Below are positions 9,310 to 18,313 of a stretch of DNA of 64,000 nt, piece by piece. Position 1 is the stretch's first letter. Each line of letters begins with the position of its first letter. Under the pieces are notes generated by a model. That model made no database searches. It was not told where the DNA came from and saw only the letters and a list, made by a program, of their open reading frames with translations. This stretch comes from a virus. Taxonomy: Duplodnaviria; Caudoviricetes. The stretch covers positions 1-64,000 of IMG/VR virus record IMGVR_UViG_3300021254_000021; one strand, 5' to 3'. The translations under genes were made by a program, and so were the position numbers.

Positions 9310-10524
9310 ATGGTGAAGTTACGTAGAGTATATGAGTCTATTCTTACTTTAGAATCAAAGAAAGATTTAGATGATTTAAAGGCTTACTTGGGTGACAAAC
9401 TATTTGATGATTATATGAAAATCAGAGATAAGATACCTTCACCTTCTGACTTGAAGAAAAAATATCCAGAATTTAATGATGATAAAGAATGGGGTAAAGA
9501 AACAGAGGATATGTTTATAAAGAAGTATAATCTTATCATTGAAGACCAAATTTTGCGTCTCTCTTTCTATAGAGATATACCTAGTTTACATAATTATATG
9601 TTAGATAGTACGAATAAAGATACTTACTTAAATAACTATGCTAAACTAAGAGATTATATTTTAGAAACTTATTCTAAGTTTAGAAATTTTAGTCGTTTGA
9701 AGAAACAAGATAAAGATTATATTCAGTCTTTTATTTCAACTTATCTTAGTACAGGTGATAAGAAAAAAAGTGATAAAATAGAGGGAGCTGAGAAAATATA
9801 TGAGGATTCTGATTGGGTAGTTTATAAGATTACTGATTATACAGCCGCTAAACTATATGGGTCTGGTACTAAATGGTGTATAACTTCTTCTACTAACGGT
9901 AATTCTTGGTTCCATAGTTATATAGATAATAAAAATCTGGATGGTGGGTACTATTTTTATCTCTCTAAGAAAGATCCTAAAGAGAAATATTGTGTCCTTC
10001 AAGATAAAAATAATAAAATTGTTGGTATTTTTGATTCAACAGATAAGGAATTTCAGAGTAGTGGAGACCTTAATGTAGAGTTACCTGTAGTTAAAGGAGT
10101 ACATTTAAGTAATATTACCTTAAAGGATATTAAAGAAGATATAAAGAAAAGGGATTATGTAAAATTAAAAAAAGATTTATCACAAAGTAGTTTTGATATA
10201 AATAGTCAATATGATTCATTAGGTAATTATCATGGTGGATTTATGCCAGAGCTTCTTAAAACAGGAGATGCTGATCTTTTAGATATTTTCCTTCAATTTG
10301 GATTAAATCCAAATTTACTTTTACCTAATAAAAAAACGCCTTTGATTCAAGTTTTAGATAGTGGTGGAGATATAGATATTATAAATGTTTTATTAAAACA
10401 TGGAGCATTACCAGATCGCCCAAGAATTTCACCTTGGGAATACCCTTTAGATATAGCTCATAAAAATGGAAGGGATGATTTAGTAGAACTTTTAAAGAAA
10501 TATGGAGCTAAAAAGGAGAATTAG
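9310..10524 (+). CDS. Leader-bearing protein with GTKWCI domain and C-terminal ankyrin repeats
   Basis: MVKLRRVYES leader; TPL...IINVLLKHGA and PLDIA...DLVELLKKYGA ankyrin units. Confidence 0.7.
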   Translation: MVKLRRVYESILTLESKKDLDDLKAYLGDKLFDDYMKIRDKIPSPSDLKKKYPEFNDDKEWGKETEDMFIKKYNLIIEDQILRLSFYRDIPSLHNYMLDSTNKDTYLNNYAKLRDYILETYSKFRNFSRLKKQDKDYIQSFISTYLSTGDKKKSDKIEGAEKIYEDSDWVVYKITDYTAAKLYGSGTKWCITSSTNGNSWFHSYIDNKNLDGGYYFYLSKKDPKEKYCVLQDKNNKIVGIFDSTDKEFQSSGDLNVELPVVKGVHLSNITLKDIKEDIKKRDYVKLKKDLSQSSFDINSQYDSLGNYHGGFMPELLKTGDADLLDIFLQFGLNPNLLLPNKKTPLIQVLDSGGDIDIINVLLKHGALPDRPRISPWEYPLDIAHKNGRDDLVELLKKYGAKKEN

Positions 10525-10526
10525 TT

Positions 10527-10730
10527 ATGCTTAAACTAAAACATGTCAAAGAGGAAACAGAGATTCCTAATCAGAAGTATGTGGAAGTGGATACACAGGA
10601 AGTAAAAGATCCTAAAAAGTGTGCTGTTTGTGGTAGAGGAATTACCACGGTTGTTGTATTAAAAGGAAAGGATGGGAAGAAGTACACTGTCGGTTCTGTC
10701 TGTGCTTCACATATTCTTGGAGATGATTAA
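10527..10730 (+). CDS. Small Zn-finger-like protein with leader
   Basis: MLKLKHVKEE leader; CAVCGR...VGSVCA. Confidence 0.6.
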   Translation: MLKLKHVKEETEIPNQKYVEVDTQEVKDPKKCAVCGRGITTVVVLKGKDGKKYTVGSVCASHILGDD

Positions 10731-10751
10731 CATAGGCTAGGAGCAAAGGAT

Positions 10752-10949
10752 TTGCAGATACATCATATTATTGAATTAGTGGTTATTATCGGGTGCTTGT
10801 TTATTTTAATTAGTGAGCATAGACCACAGAATCACACTCCACGTTCTAATAAGACGATTCAAAACACTTTTACTTATAATTATAAGACTATGAATGACGA
10901 AACTGCATCGAAGACCACCAAAGATATTAGGTATATCGAAGCCAAGTAA
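10752..10949 (+). CDS. Small membrane-anchored hypothetical protein
   Basis: AGGAG upstream, TTG start, N-terminal hydrophobic helix. Confidence 0.45.
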   Translation: MQIHHIIELVVIIGCLFILISEHRPQNHTPRSNKTIQNTFTYNYKTMNDETASKTTKDIRYIEAK

Positions 10950-11238
10950 TATAGCGTGTATTGGTTGCACACACTCTCAATACTGTGTAGGGTGTTATAA
11001 GTGCAACCATACCTATAACTCTATTTCCACTATATATACTAAGTATAGTGTAGGTTTAACGAAAAGTGCTTACTGTACTAATTGTTATCATTCGTCATAT
11101 CTAACATCTTGTCATTACTGCTATCACTCTAGTTCCTTAGAGTTCTGCCTAGCATGTACAAAACTATATCACTCTTTAGGATGTTACCATTGTTCCAATA
11201 AGGTTTTTCTCGTAAACCAGTCTTGGGTAAAAGAGTAA
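10894..11238 (+). CDS. Cys/His/Tyr-rich CxxC repeat protein
   Basis: Six CxxC units, four of them CxxCxH. Confidence 0.55.
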   Translation: MTKLHRRPPKILGISKPSNIACIGCTHSQYCVGCYKCNHTYNSISTIYTKYSVGLTKSAYCTNCYHSSYLTSCHYCYHSSSLEFCLACTKLYHSLGCYHCSNKVFLVNQSWVKE

Positions 11239-11300
11239 GCCTAATTTATCTATCTCCTTATAACCACCTACACATACATCGTGGTTATAAGGAGGTTAAT

Positions 11301-11420
11301 ATGCTTGTACTCAGTCTTTTGTGTCTGGGTCTAATAACATACACAGCTATTTGGGTAAATGGTTACGATGATGAATTGAAGTTTCCGATCTTTTACTTCT
11401 GGATGCCGAAAACATGGTAA
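11301..11420 (+). CDS. 39-aa membrane peptide
   Basis: AAGGAGG 6 nt before ATG 11301; hydrophobic MLVLSLLCLGLITYTAIW. Confidence 0.55.
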   Translation: MLVLSLLCLGLITYTAIWVNGYDDELKFPIFYFWMPKTW

Positions 11421-11487
11421 CTACCTAATAGACTCAGACAGTTAATTTTTAAGAACCCTTCTTTACATTGAAAGGAGAATAAAGAAT

Positions 11488-11814
11488 ATGCGTAAGCTAT
11501 TTGTTATTTTAGTTGCTCTTTGTGCTTTAACCGCCTGTAAGAATCAGTCCGTTCAGTATGAACCCATGACTGCAAAACAGGAAGCTCCAAAAGCTGACGG
11601 AGCTAAAACAGATGATGCTAAGAAAGCTGAAGCTCTAAAAGCTGACGAAGCTAAGAAAGATGAAGCCCCTAAAGCAGAGGAAAAGAAAGCGGATGAGATT
11701 AAGCCTGTTGAAGTTCCAAATCCTGCTAATGAGGCTAAACCTGCTGATGCCCCTAAAGCAGAAACAGTTCCCGCGGATGCCCCTAAAGCAGAGGAAGTAA
11801 AAGTGGAAAAATAG
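11488..11814 (+). CDS. Lipoprotein with low-complexity A/K/E/P body
   Basis: MRKLFVILVALCALTAC lipobox; AGGAG RBS. Confidence 0.75.
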   Translation: MRKLFVILVALCALTACKNQSVQYEPMTAKQEAPKADGAKTDDAKKAEALKADEAKKDEAPKAEEKKADEIKPVEVPNPANEAKPADAPKAETVPADAPKAEEVKVEK

Positions 11815-11842
11815 TCAACATAAAGAGTAGAGTTAGGTTAAA

Positions 11843-11882
11843 TGAACCCCAGACTAAGAGAGTTAGTCTGGGGTTTACTTTT
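11843..11882 (+). terminator. Intrinsic terminator
   Basis: AACCCCAGACTAA/TTAGTCTGGGGTT stem followed by T-rich run. Confidence 0.75.
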
Positions 11883-11973
11883 AAGTAAATTTCCGTAGTC
11901 TTTTTAGGGATTGAAAATGGGTTTCTTTTCCCCCGAGATCAATTTTACAAAAATTGCACAAAGGAGATTTGTT

Positions 11974-14418
11974 ATGAAAAAAGCGATTCTTTGGTTTTTA
12001 ACTTCTATGGTTATTCTTTCTTCTTGCAGTGAGGAGACAAAGAGTTCACGAGTGTTTCCTGACACACTAGAGACCTCTACTACTATTAGTTCTGTTTGTG
12101 GGGATGGTAAAATCTCTCCAAATGAAGAAGTCTGTGAGGGAAACTTCTTTGTCGTATCTCAGCTTTGTTCAGACTACGGTTATTCTGATGGCTTAGTTAA
12201 GTGTACTTCCTGTTTATTGGATTTCTCAGATTGCACTAGAGAGTTTGACAATAAACCCGTGGATGATCCTGTAGATGATCCTGTAGATGATCCTGTAGAT
12301 GATCCTGTAGATGATCCTGTAGATGATCCTATTTGTGGTAATGGTGTTAAAGAAGGAAATGAGGAGTGTGACTCAGGAATTTTTCTAGGGTCTTGTGATA
12401 TATTTGGTGATTATAATAAAGGTAGTGCTTATTGTATTCAATGTAAGGTGGATCTCTCTCTCTGTTCAAAGGAAACCAACCAGTCAGAGATTCCTAAAGA
12501 TGAACCCGTATGTGGTAATGGGATTATAGAGGAAGGTGAGGAGTGTGATACAGTAATTCAAAATGATGAATTACTTTGCTCTTTTTATGGTGATTATAAT
12601 AAAGGTAACATATCCTGTAGTTCATGTAAGATAGACTTATCTTCATGCTCAAAAGAGACTGTTCCTGTAGAAAACCCAGAACCTGCATGTGGTAATGGGA
12701 TTAAAGAAGATGGAGAAGAGTGTGATGACGGAAATAAGGTTAATACAGATCTTTGCACCAATTTATGTACTCTTCCTAAATGTAATGATGGTATTCTTTC
12801 TCAAGGCGAGGTCTGTGATGGAGATTTGTTTACCATACAGTCTTGTTCTGAATATAACTCTAATTTTAGTTCTGGTTATTTAAAATGTTCTTCATCATGT
12901 ACTATTGATTATTCATCCTGTATAGTTACACCTAAGTGTGGTGATGGTAAAATAAATTCCTCTACTGAAGAATGTGATGGGTCTGTTGGATCACATACAT
13001 GTAAGGATATTTATTCTAATGCTACTGGGAATGTTATTTGTACTTCTTGTAAGTTGGATTATTCTAACTGTAAAGAAGTATGTCCTACCAATAGAGAGTT
13101 TAAGGATGGGGTGTACTCAACATCATCTCTAACCTTTCATAAGGTAACGGAAAAAGGAAAGACATATATTATACTAAGTGGTCAAGTCGGTTTGGTTATT
13201 GATTCAAGTACTGTACAGTGGGTTTATTCCTCTTTAGGAGATGAGGGTTATTATTCCTACTTTAAAGTAGGTTCATGTGATTGTGGTTCATGTAATGTTT
13301 ACTTTAATAATTCTTCTCATTTAAACAAGTCAGATGTTAAATCCGTACCTTCTATAAGCTACACGTATTCTAGTCCGACTATAACTGAAGTACCTACTTA
13401 CTCTGTCCCTTCAATAACAATCCCTGACCCTATTAGGACTGGAGATACTTCTTATCTTTCCTGTAATGATAAGGAATGCAGTGATGCTTCTGACTATTAT
13501 TTGAATATAACATCTTCTCATATTACAGTTTCTACACAAACCTTTAATTGGACGTTTTCTCTTATTCAAGTTCTTGGTGATGATACTTATCTTGTTCATT
13601 ATGATTCTGGTTATGGGCTTCCTAATGACTTACAGAAAGAAGGTGTTACTAACCCGTATGCAGTTATTAGGATTACCAAATCTGATTTATATCGGGTCTG
13701 TGATATTGATACAGCACAGAATATTATAGTTCATGTCTTATCTTGGTCAAATTATAGGGATGTAGCTATAGCTAAAGCAGACTTTAACTCTACCACTTCT
13801 TTTACTTATTTACCTGCATTAAAAGATAAAGAGGATAGTTGTGTATGGTCAGAAGGAACTTTTGAGCTTTTATTAACTAGCTCTAATCCTAAAGGGTTGA
13901 ATAACTATGTAATAAAGGTTGGTATGAAATATAACTCTACATATACTGAGTTAGAGGATTATGCATGGTTTAGAACTTATTTAAATTATTGTTATGATAG
14001 ATCTGTAAATGGTGCTGTATTTAGAACAATGGAAAAACATGAAGATATGGATGGCCATGCTTATAGATCCTTATACAGGAATAATGTTCTTGTATTTGAT
14101 CGTTTAGAAAAGAATATACTGAGGATATATTCGACTTATCCTAAAAATACAGCATGGGATGATTCTCCACAGAGTTTAGATGATGATATTAGGTATGAAT
14201 TAGAGTTTCCTACGGAAGCAAGGCTTAACTTCTTTGCAAGCAGTCAGGGTCGAAGTTATAGTATGGAAGTACTTATGAGTGTTGATAAATACAAACTCTG
14301 TAAGATAAATACTACAAAACATACTAAGGAGTGTGAGGAAGTACAATTAGCTTATTCCTTGGAAAACAATATCCCAGAGTCTATGAAACCAAAGACTTGT
14401 GAAAAGAAATATCAATAA
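11974..14418 (+). CDS. Lipoprotein with myxobacterial-type Cys-rich (CGNG..E..EECD) repeats
   Basis: AAGGAG then ATG 11974; MKKAILWFLTSMVILSSC lipobox; about six CG[DN]G...E.CD units. Confidence 0.8.
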   Translation: MKKAILWFLTSMVILSSCSEETKSSRVFPDTLETSTTISSVCGDGKISPNEEVCEGNFFVVSQLCSDYGYSDGLVKCTSCLLDFSDCTREFDNKPVDDPVDDPVDDPVDDPVDDPVDDPICGNGVKEGNEECDSGIFLGSCDIFGDYNKGSAYCIQCKVDLSLCSKETNQSEIPKDEPVCGNGIIEEGEECDTVIQNDELLCSFYGDYNKGNISCSSCKIDLSSCSKETVPVENPEPACGNGIKEDGEECDDGNKVNTDLCTNLCTLPKCNDGILSQGEVCDGDLFTIQSCSEYNSNFSSGYLKCSSSCTIDYSSCIVTPKCGDGKINSSTEECDGSVGSHTCKDIYSNATGNVICTSCKLDYSNCKEVCPTNREFKDGVYSTSSLTFHKVTEKGKTYIILSGQVGLVIDSSTVQWVYSSLGDEGYYSYFKVGSCDCGSCNVYFNNSSHLNKSDVKSVPSISYTYSSPTITEVPTYSVPSITIPDPIRTGDTSYLSCNDKECSDASDYYLNITSSHITVSTQTFNWTFSLIQVLGDDTYLVHYDSGYGLPNDLQKEGVTNPYAVIRITKSDLYRVCDIDTAQNIIVHVLSWSNYRDVAIAKADFNSTTSFTYLPALKDKEDSCVWSEGTFELLLTSSNPKGLNNYVIKVGMKYNSTYTELEDYAWFRTYLNYCYDRSVNGAVFRTMEKHEDMDGHAYRSLYRNNVLVFDRLEKNILRIYSTYPKNTAWDDSPQSLDDDIRYELEFPTEARLNFFASSQGRSYSMEVLMSVDKYKLCKINTTKHTKECEEVQLAYSLENNIPESMKPKTCEKKYQ
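12262..12330 (+). repeat. 12-bp tandem repeat GATGATCCTGTA (about 5.75 copies) encoding a DDPV linker
   Basis: Perfect repeats read directly. Confidence 0.95.
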
Positions 14419-14501
14419 ATTCTCTTTTCTAAACTAAAATATGTCTATATCTATGGTATAGTGATTAGAGAGGGTTTTTACTCTCTCTGATTGTTTTATA
14501 G

Positions 14502-14530
14502 TTGAATAAAAGATCCTTTTAAGCTATCTT
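14502..14530 (+). promoter_or_regulatory. sigma70-like promoter in front of omegaRNA-like element and HU
   Basis: TTGAAT-N17-TATCTT. Confidence 0.55.
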
Positions 14531-14580
14531 ATATATAGAATTAAACGATAACCAAGTTTAGTTCTATATATTAGAATTAT

Positions 14581-14726
14581 GTACCGTAGGAACTACGGAA
14601 AGTAGGTCTGTGGAGGGTATGGACGCTATGCCGCAAAGCGGCAATGCTGAGTACTCGTTGAATCAGAAAGGAAGATCCGTGAGGATTCCATAGAATCTAA
14701 CGGCCTTTAGGCCGTTGGTAGTTCAA
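14581..14726 (+). ncRNA. Orphan IS200/IS605 right-end, TnpB omegaRNA-like element, copy 1
   Basis: GTACCGTAGGAACTACGG...TCTGTGGAG...GAAT-hairpin-GTAGTTCAA; homologous to 21031..21177. Confidence 0.75.
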
Positions 14727-14750
14727 TACTTTTTATAAAGGAAAAGAAAA

Positions 14751-15032
14751 ATGACAAAAGCAGAAATGGTTGCCAAGGTTCACGAAGCTCTGGAAGGTAA
14801 AGTATCAAAGATGGCCGCTGAAAAAGTGGTAGATACAATTTTTGATGCAATTAAAGCAGAGTTTATGGCAGGTAATGATGTTACCGTAGCAGGTTTCGGT
14901 TCTTTTAAAGTTAAAACACGTGCCGCACGTGAAGCCCGCAATCCTCGTACAGGTGAAGCAGTCCATGTTGCTGAGAAGAAAACTGTTACCTTCAAACCAG
15001 TTGCTAAACTGAAAGATGGTTTGAATAAATAA
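14751..15032 (+). CDS. hup: HU/IHF histone-like DNA-binding protein
   Basis: MTKAE, GFGSF, RAAREARNPRTGE, FKP...LK. Confidence 0.97.
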   Translation: MTKAEMVAKVHEALEGKVSKMAAEKVVDTIFDAIKAEFMAGNDVTVAGFGSFKVKTRAAREARNPRTGEAVHVAEKKTVTFKPVAKLKDGLNK

Positions 15033-15058
15033 ACTCTGGATTACTCTGTACAGACCCA

Positions 15059-15093
15059 ACAAAAGCCACCAGTCTTATGGTGGCTTTTGTTTT
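15059..15093 (+). terminator. Intrinsic terminator after HU
   Basis: ACAAAAGCCACCA/TGGTGGCTTTTGT plus T run. Confidence 0.8.
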
Positions 15094-15150
15094 AGAGCCA
15101 AACATTATCTAATTGTTAAGGTGTTCTATTCTCTAATAGGTTTGTAGATT

Positions 15151-16764
15151 ATGGCTAAGTCAAAGTTTAAAACATGGTTGTCCAAGTTATTCGGTACACA
15201 AGGTCAGGTACAGATCATTGAAGATCCTAAAGACCCCAGAGATAACTTTTTAAGACAAATTTTTGGTGAAAGGTCAACCTCCTTCTTGTCAGATCTTCAC
15301 ACCTATGCCCAGACAAGATCAGAGCAGTTAGATGAGTACACCACCATGCTTAAGGATGGTGTGACACTTGCCGCAGTTAATTTAATTGTGGAAGATGCAA
15401 CTCAGCTAGACCTAGATACGAATATGGTAGCTTGGGTTACGTCCATAGACAATCCAGAGTTTGCCAAGTCTATGAACGACTTTTTAACCAATAACTTCCA
15501 CATAAATGACATCATTTATTCCATAGCCTATAATGTAGTGGCTTATGGTGAATGCTTTGTTAAAACCCACTATGACGACTTGGATGGTTACTTAAAGTAT
15601 TTCCACCTAGGTGACTACTTTATGCTAGAGGACATTAAAAAAGTTTCCCACTTATTTAAGTACGGTGTTCCTTTAGGGTACATTCGTCGTTTAAAGACAG
15701 AGGAAGGTTATTCTTATATAAAGGATCAAATCCTTCCAGAAAAATCTTACATTCATTTTATTAACGATAAGGGGAATAAGGAATACCTAGCAGATGAGGA
15801 AGAAGGATTGTACATAGGTTATGGTACATCCTTACTAGAGGGCGCACAGTATTATTACCCACAGAGACAGTTATTAGATGATTTAATTCTTTTATCTCGT
15901 CTCACTCGTTCCTCTAAGTACAACTTATTTAAGGTTGAGGTTGGACAGGCTACTTCTCAAGACACCGCCAGAATGATTAGAGAGGTTAAGACAGCTATTC
16001 AGCAGAGACAGGAAGTGTCTGTTTCAAATCAGGTCTTTTCATCCCGTAATTCCCCGCTTCTTTCAGGTGGTAATGTGTACTTCCCAGTCAGAAATGGGTT
16101 GGGTGGTGTAGAGGTACAGCAGATAGCAGATGATCCCAATGTTTCCTCATTAAAGGATATAGACTACTTTAACAATAACTATTACTCTGCATTAGGTGTT
16201 CCTCAATCATTCTTGGGGCAGACAGGTGAATTACCCGCAGGGTTGGGTGATTCTACTCTTACACAGTTGGACATTCGATATGCACGTTTGGTTAAACGTG
16301 TTCAGCGTGTTTTAAAGAATGGTATTAGAGACTTAATTATCTGGAAGTGTCTAATTGATGATATTCTGCCACCAGAGTTTGAGGTAAATATGACTCATAT
16401 TCTTACGGCAGAGGATGATCGAAGATCAAAAATTATCACAGACTCTACACAGCGTATCAGAGATTTGTTTGATATGCTTCAACTTATTGACCCAGAGATT
16501 TTGCAAAAAGCGGATAAACAAAAACTCCTTTACTTTATCTTTAATTCTCTTGGCAGAGATGCAGACGTTATATCTATATTCGAGAATATTTATGCCCAAT
16601 CCGAAGCACCTCAGTCACAGGAAGGTGAGGGGGAGAATGAGGAAGGTGGTATGGAAGATGAAGAAATGGGTGGACCATCTGGTTTTTCCGATGATCAGTT
16701 TGAAACAGAAAGTGGATTAGATGAAGAACCAGATATGGAAATTCCAGATATTCCAGAGGTTTAA
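15151..16764 (+). CDS. Portal protein (T4 gp20-like)
   Basis: LLDD.ILLSRLTRS, F.VEVG, YFPVR.G.GGVEV, DIDYF...YSALGVP..FL, DIRYAR.VKR.Q; acidic tail. Confidence 0.88.
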   Translation: MAKSKFKTWLSKLFGTQGQVQIIEDPKDPRDNFLRQIFGERSTSFLSDLHTYAQTRSEQLDEYTTMLKDGVTLAAVNLIVEDATQLDLDTNMVAWVTSIDNPEFAKSMNDFLTNNFHINDIIYSIAYNVVAYGECFVKTHYDDLDGYLKYFHLGDYFMLEDIKKVSHLFKYGVPLGYIRRLKTEEGYSYIKDQILPEKSYIHFINDKGNKEYLADEEEGLYIGYGTSLLEGAQYYYPQRQLLDDLILLSRLTRSSKYNLFKVEVGQATSQDTARMIREVKTAIQQRQEVSVSNQVFSSRNSPLLSGGNVYFPVRNGLGGVEVQQIADDPNVSSLKDIDYFNNNYYSALGVPQSFLGQTGELPAGLGDSTLTQLDIRYARLVKRVQRVLKNGIRDLIIWKCLIDDILPPEFEVNMTHILTAEDDRRSKIITDSTQRIRDLFDMLQLIDPEILQKADKQKLLYFIFNSLGRDADVISIFENIYAQSEAPQSQEGEGENEEGGMEDEEMGGPSGFSDDQFETESGLDEEPDMEIPDIPEV

Positions 16765-16777
16765 GTGAAGGGTAATT

Positions 16778-17386
16778 ATGTCAGGAATCTTGTTTGTTAC
16801 GTCTAATGAGGAATTTTTAACCAGTATAGCTAAAGAATTTTCTTTAACACAAATAACGCCACTCTTATATGAGGGTTCTAAAGAAGGGAAGCAGATAGAT
16901 TTACTTTTATTAGAGAATAATAAAATTGACGCTACTTTGGTATTAACTCATTTTTTATCAGGCAAGCCAGAATTACCAAACAAGGTAGTTATTTTAAATC
17001 CTGTACAGTGTCCAGACATAAATCAACCTTTAGGGAAGGTGGTTATGGCAGAGGAAGTAACTCTGTGGGATCATAAAGAGACTAGATTACTTTCTTTACA
17101 GACGATTGAAACAGACTATAAAACAATTATAGGTAAGGGTATATCAGGTGATAGGGAGTGTGTGAATAAAACAACGCCTATCATGCAGTCTAAATTAGTG
17201 GACTGCATTACATACCCTGTTGCTAAAGTTTCCGATTTCTTTTCTTTACCTGTAATGTCCATAGGAATTATAGCTGATTACTGCACACAGAATTATTCTA
17301 AGCTCTTACAATCTAATATAAAGGAGCTATCTGTAAGGATGCTAAATTTTCTTAATTCCAGTATATCCACTATTTTAGGTGATTAA
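16778..17386 (+). CDS. Degenerate nucleoside phosphorylase/MtnN-fold protein
   Basis: K..A, G.VV...V...D, G..ISGD, VAKV..FF.LP...I.II.D pattern; the EME motif is replaced by DCI. Confidence 0.5.
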   Translation: MSGILFVTSNEEFLTSIAKEFSLTQITPLLYEGSKEGKQIDLLLLENNKIDATLVLTHFLSGKPELPNKVVILNPVQCPDINQPLGKVVMAEEVTLWDHKETRLLSLQTIETDYKTIIGKGISGDRECVNKTTPIMQSKLVDCITYPVAKVSDFFSLPVMSIGIIADYCTQNYSKLLQSNIKELSVRMLNFLNSSISTILGD

Positions 17387-17388
17387 TC

Positions 17389-17664
17389 ATGTCTATTGAT
17401 TTTATCAGAGATAGAGAATCACACATAACGATGACGCAGAATATGGTTTATTCTGCTTGTTATCGGTTGGTAGAGGATGAAAGTACTCTATCTGTTGGAG
17501 AGAAACTAGTTCTACGTTTGACAGATGGTAGTTGGTATCTAGCTGTTGTAACTAACACAGATCCTTTGGAAATGTGTCCTTATAATCCGCGTAAATACAT
17601 AAAAGAATCTGATGTGTATAAAGGTTCTTATAATCCACCAGACGACACCTCTGGTTTAGACTAA
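17389..17664 (+). CDS. Hypothetical protein
   Basis: AGGTG RBS, in operon. Confidence 0.6.
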   Translation: MSIDFIRDRESHITMTQNMVYSACYRLVEDESTLSVGEKLVLRLTDGSWYLAVVTNTDPLEMCPYNPRKYIKESDVYKGSYNPPDDTSGLD

Positions 17665-17675
17665 GGAGATAAAAC

Positions 17676-18170
17676 ATGATTCGTAGAATTTCTAAAAATG
17701 AAGCCCGTCGTATTTCCCGTCGCTTTGAAGGTAAAGATTGCGCTGACTGTGACGAACCTCGTCGTAGCCGTCGTGAAGCCGAAGCCGAAGATGCTTGTGA
17801 TGCTCTCGAAGTTGAGGCTATTGTTGACCTCGCCGTTAAAGCCCTCAAAGATTTCGGCGTTGAAGAAATTGAGTATGAAGAAGGTGAAGAACCCGAGGAA
17901 AACGAAGCTATCTGTGCCGATGAAGATGGTAATGAAGTTGGCGTAGAAGTTAAAGGTAAAACCCTCAAGATTGACCTCGATGAGGATGAAGACATCGTTG
18001 TTAAATTGGATCAGCCAGTTGAAGATGTCAAAGCTGAACTCCAAGAAGATCTTGAGGGCAAACTTGCTGATCAGGAAGAAGCCGAAGAATGCAATCGTCG
18101 TTTTGAGGCTTGGAAACGTAACCGTTCACTCCGTAAAGAAGGAAAACGTGTTGCTATGAACCGTCGCTAA
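17676..18170 (+). CDS. Acidic prohead core/scaffold-like protein
   Basis: Strong RBS, high-expression codon bias like the capsid gene, many E-A/E-G sites, near portal. Confidence 0.5.
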   Translation: MIRRISKNEARRISRRFEGKDCADCDEPRRSRREAEAEDACDALEVEAIVDLAVKALKDFGVEEIEYEEGEEPEENEAICADEDGNEVGVEVKGKTLKIDLDEDEDIVVKLDQPVEDVKAELQEDLEGKLADQEEAEECNRRFEAWKRNRSLRKEGKRVAMNRR

Positions 18171-18189
18171 TCTTTTCCTTTCGGTTCAG

Positions 18190-18229
18190 ACAAAAGCCCA
18201 TAGGTTGTCCTATGGGCTTTTTCTTTTTT
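18190..18229 (+). terminator. Intrinsic terminator
   Basis: AAAAGCCCATAGG/CCTATGGGCTTTT plus T tract. Confidence 0.85.
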
Positions 18230-18313
18230 GTGCAAAATCCAATAATGATAAAGTATATATAAGTAGTTTTTCACAAGGACATATAGTTATGTCCAAATAC
18301 ACAAGGAGATGTT

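Noticed and set aside
12262-12330. Tandem repeat as a phase-variation switch
   Set aside because: 12-bp unit keeps the frame; only linker length changes
14581-14726. Group I intron, IStron or riboswitch
   Set aside because: Intergenic, too short, no intron core recognised; ends match IS605 right ends better
17552-18159. Several overlapping and antisense ORFs over the acidic core gene (also over HU and the capsid gene)
   Set aside because: Shadows of biased codon usage; no RBS; the + frame has the strong RBS
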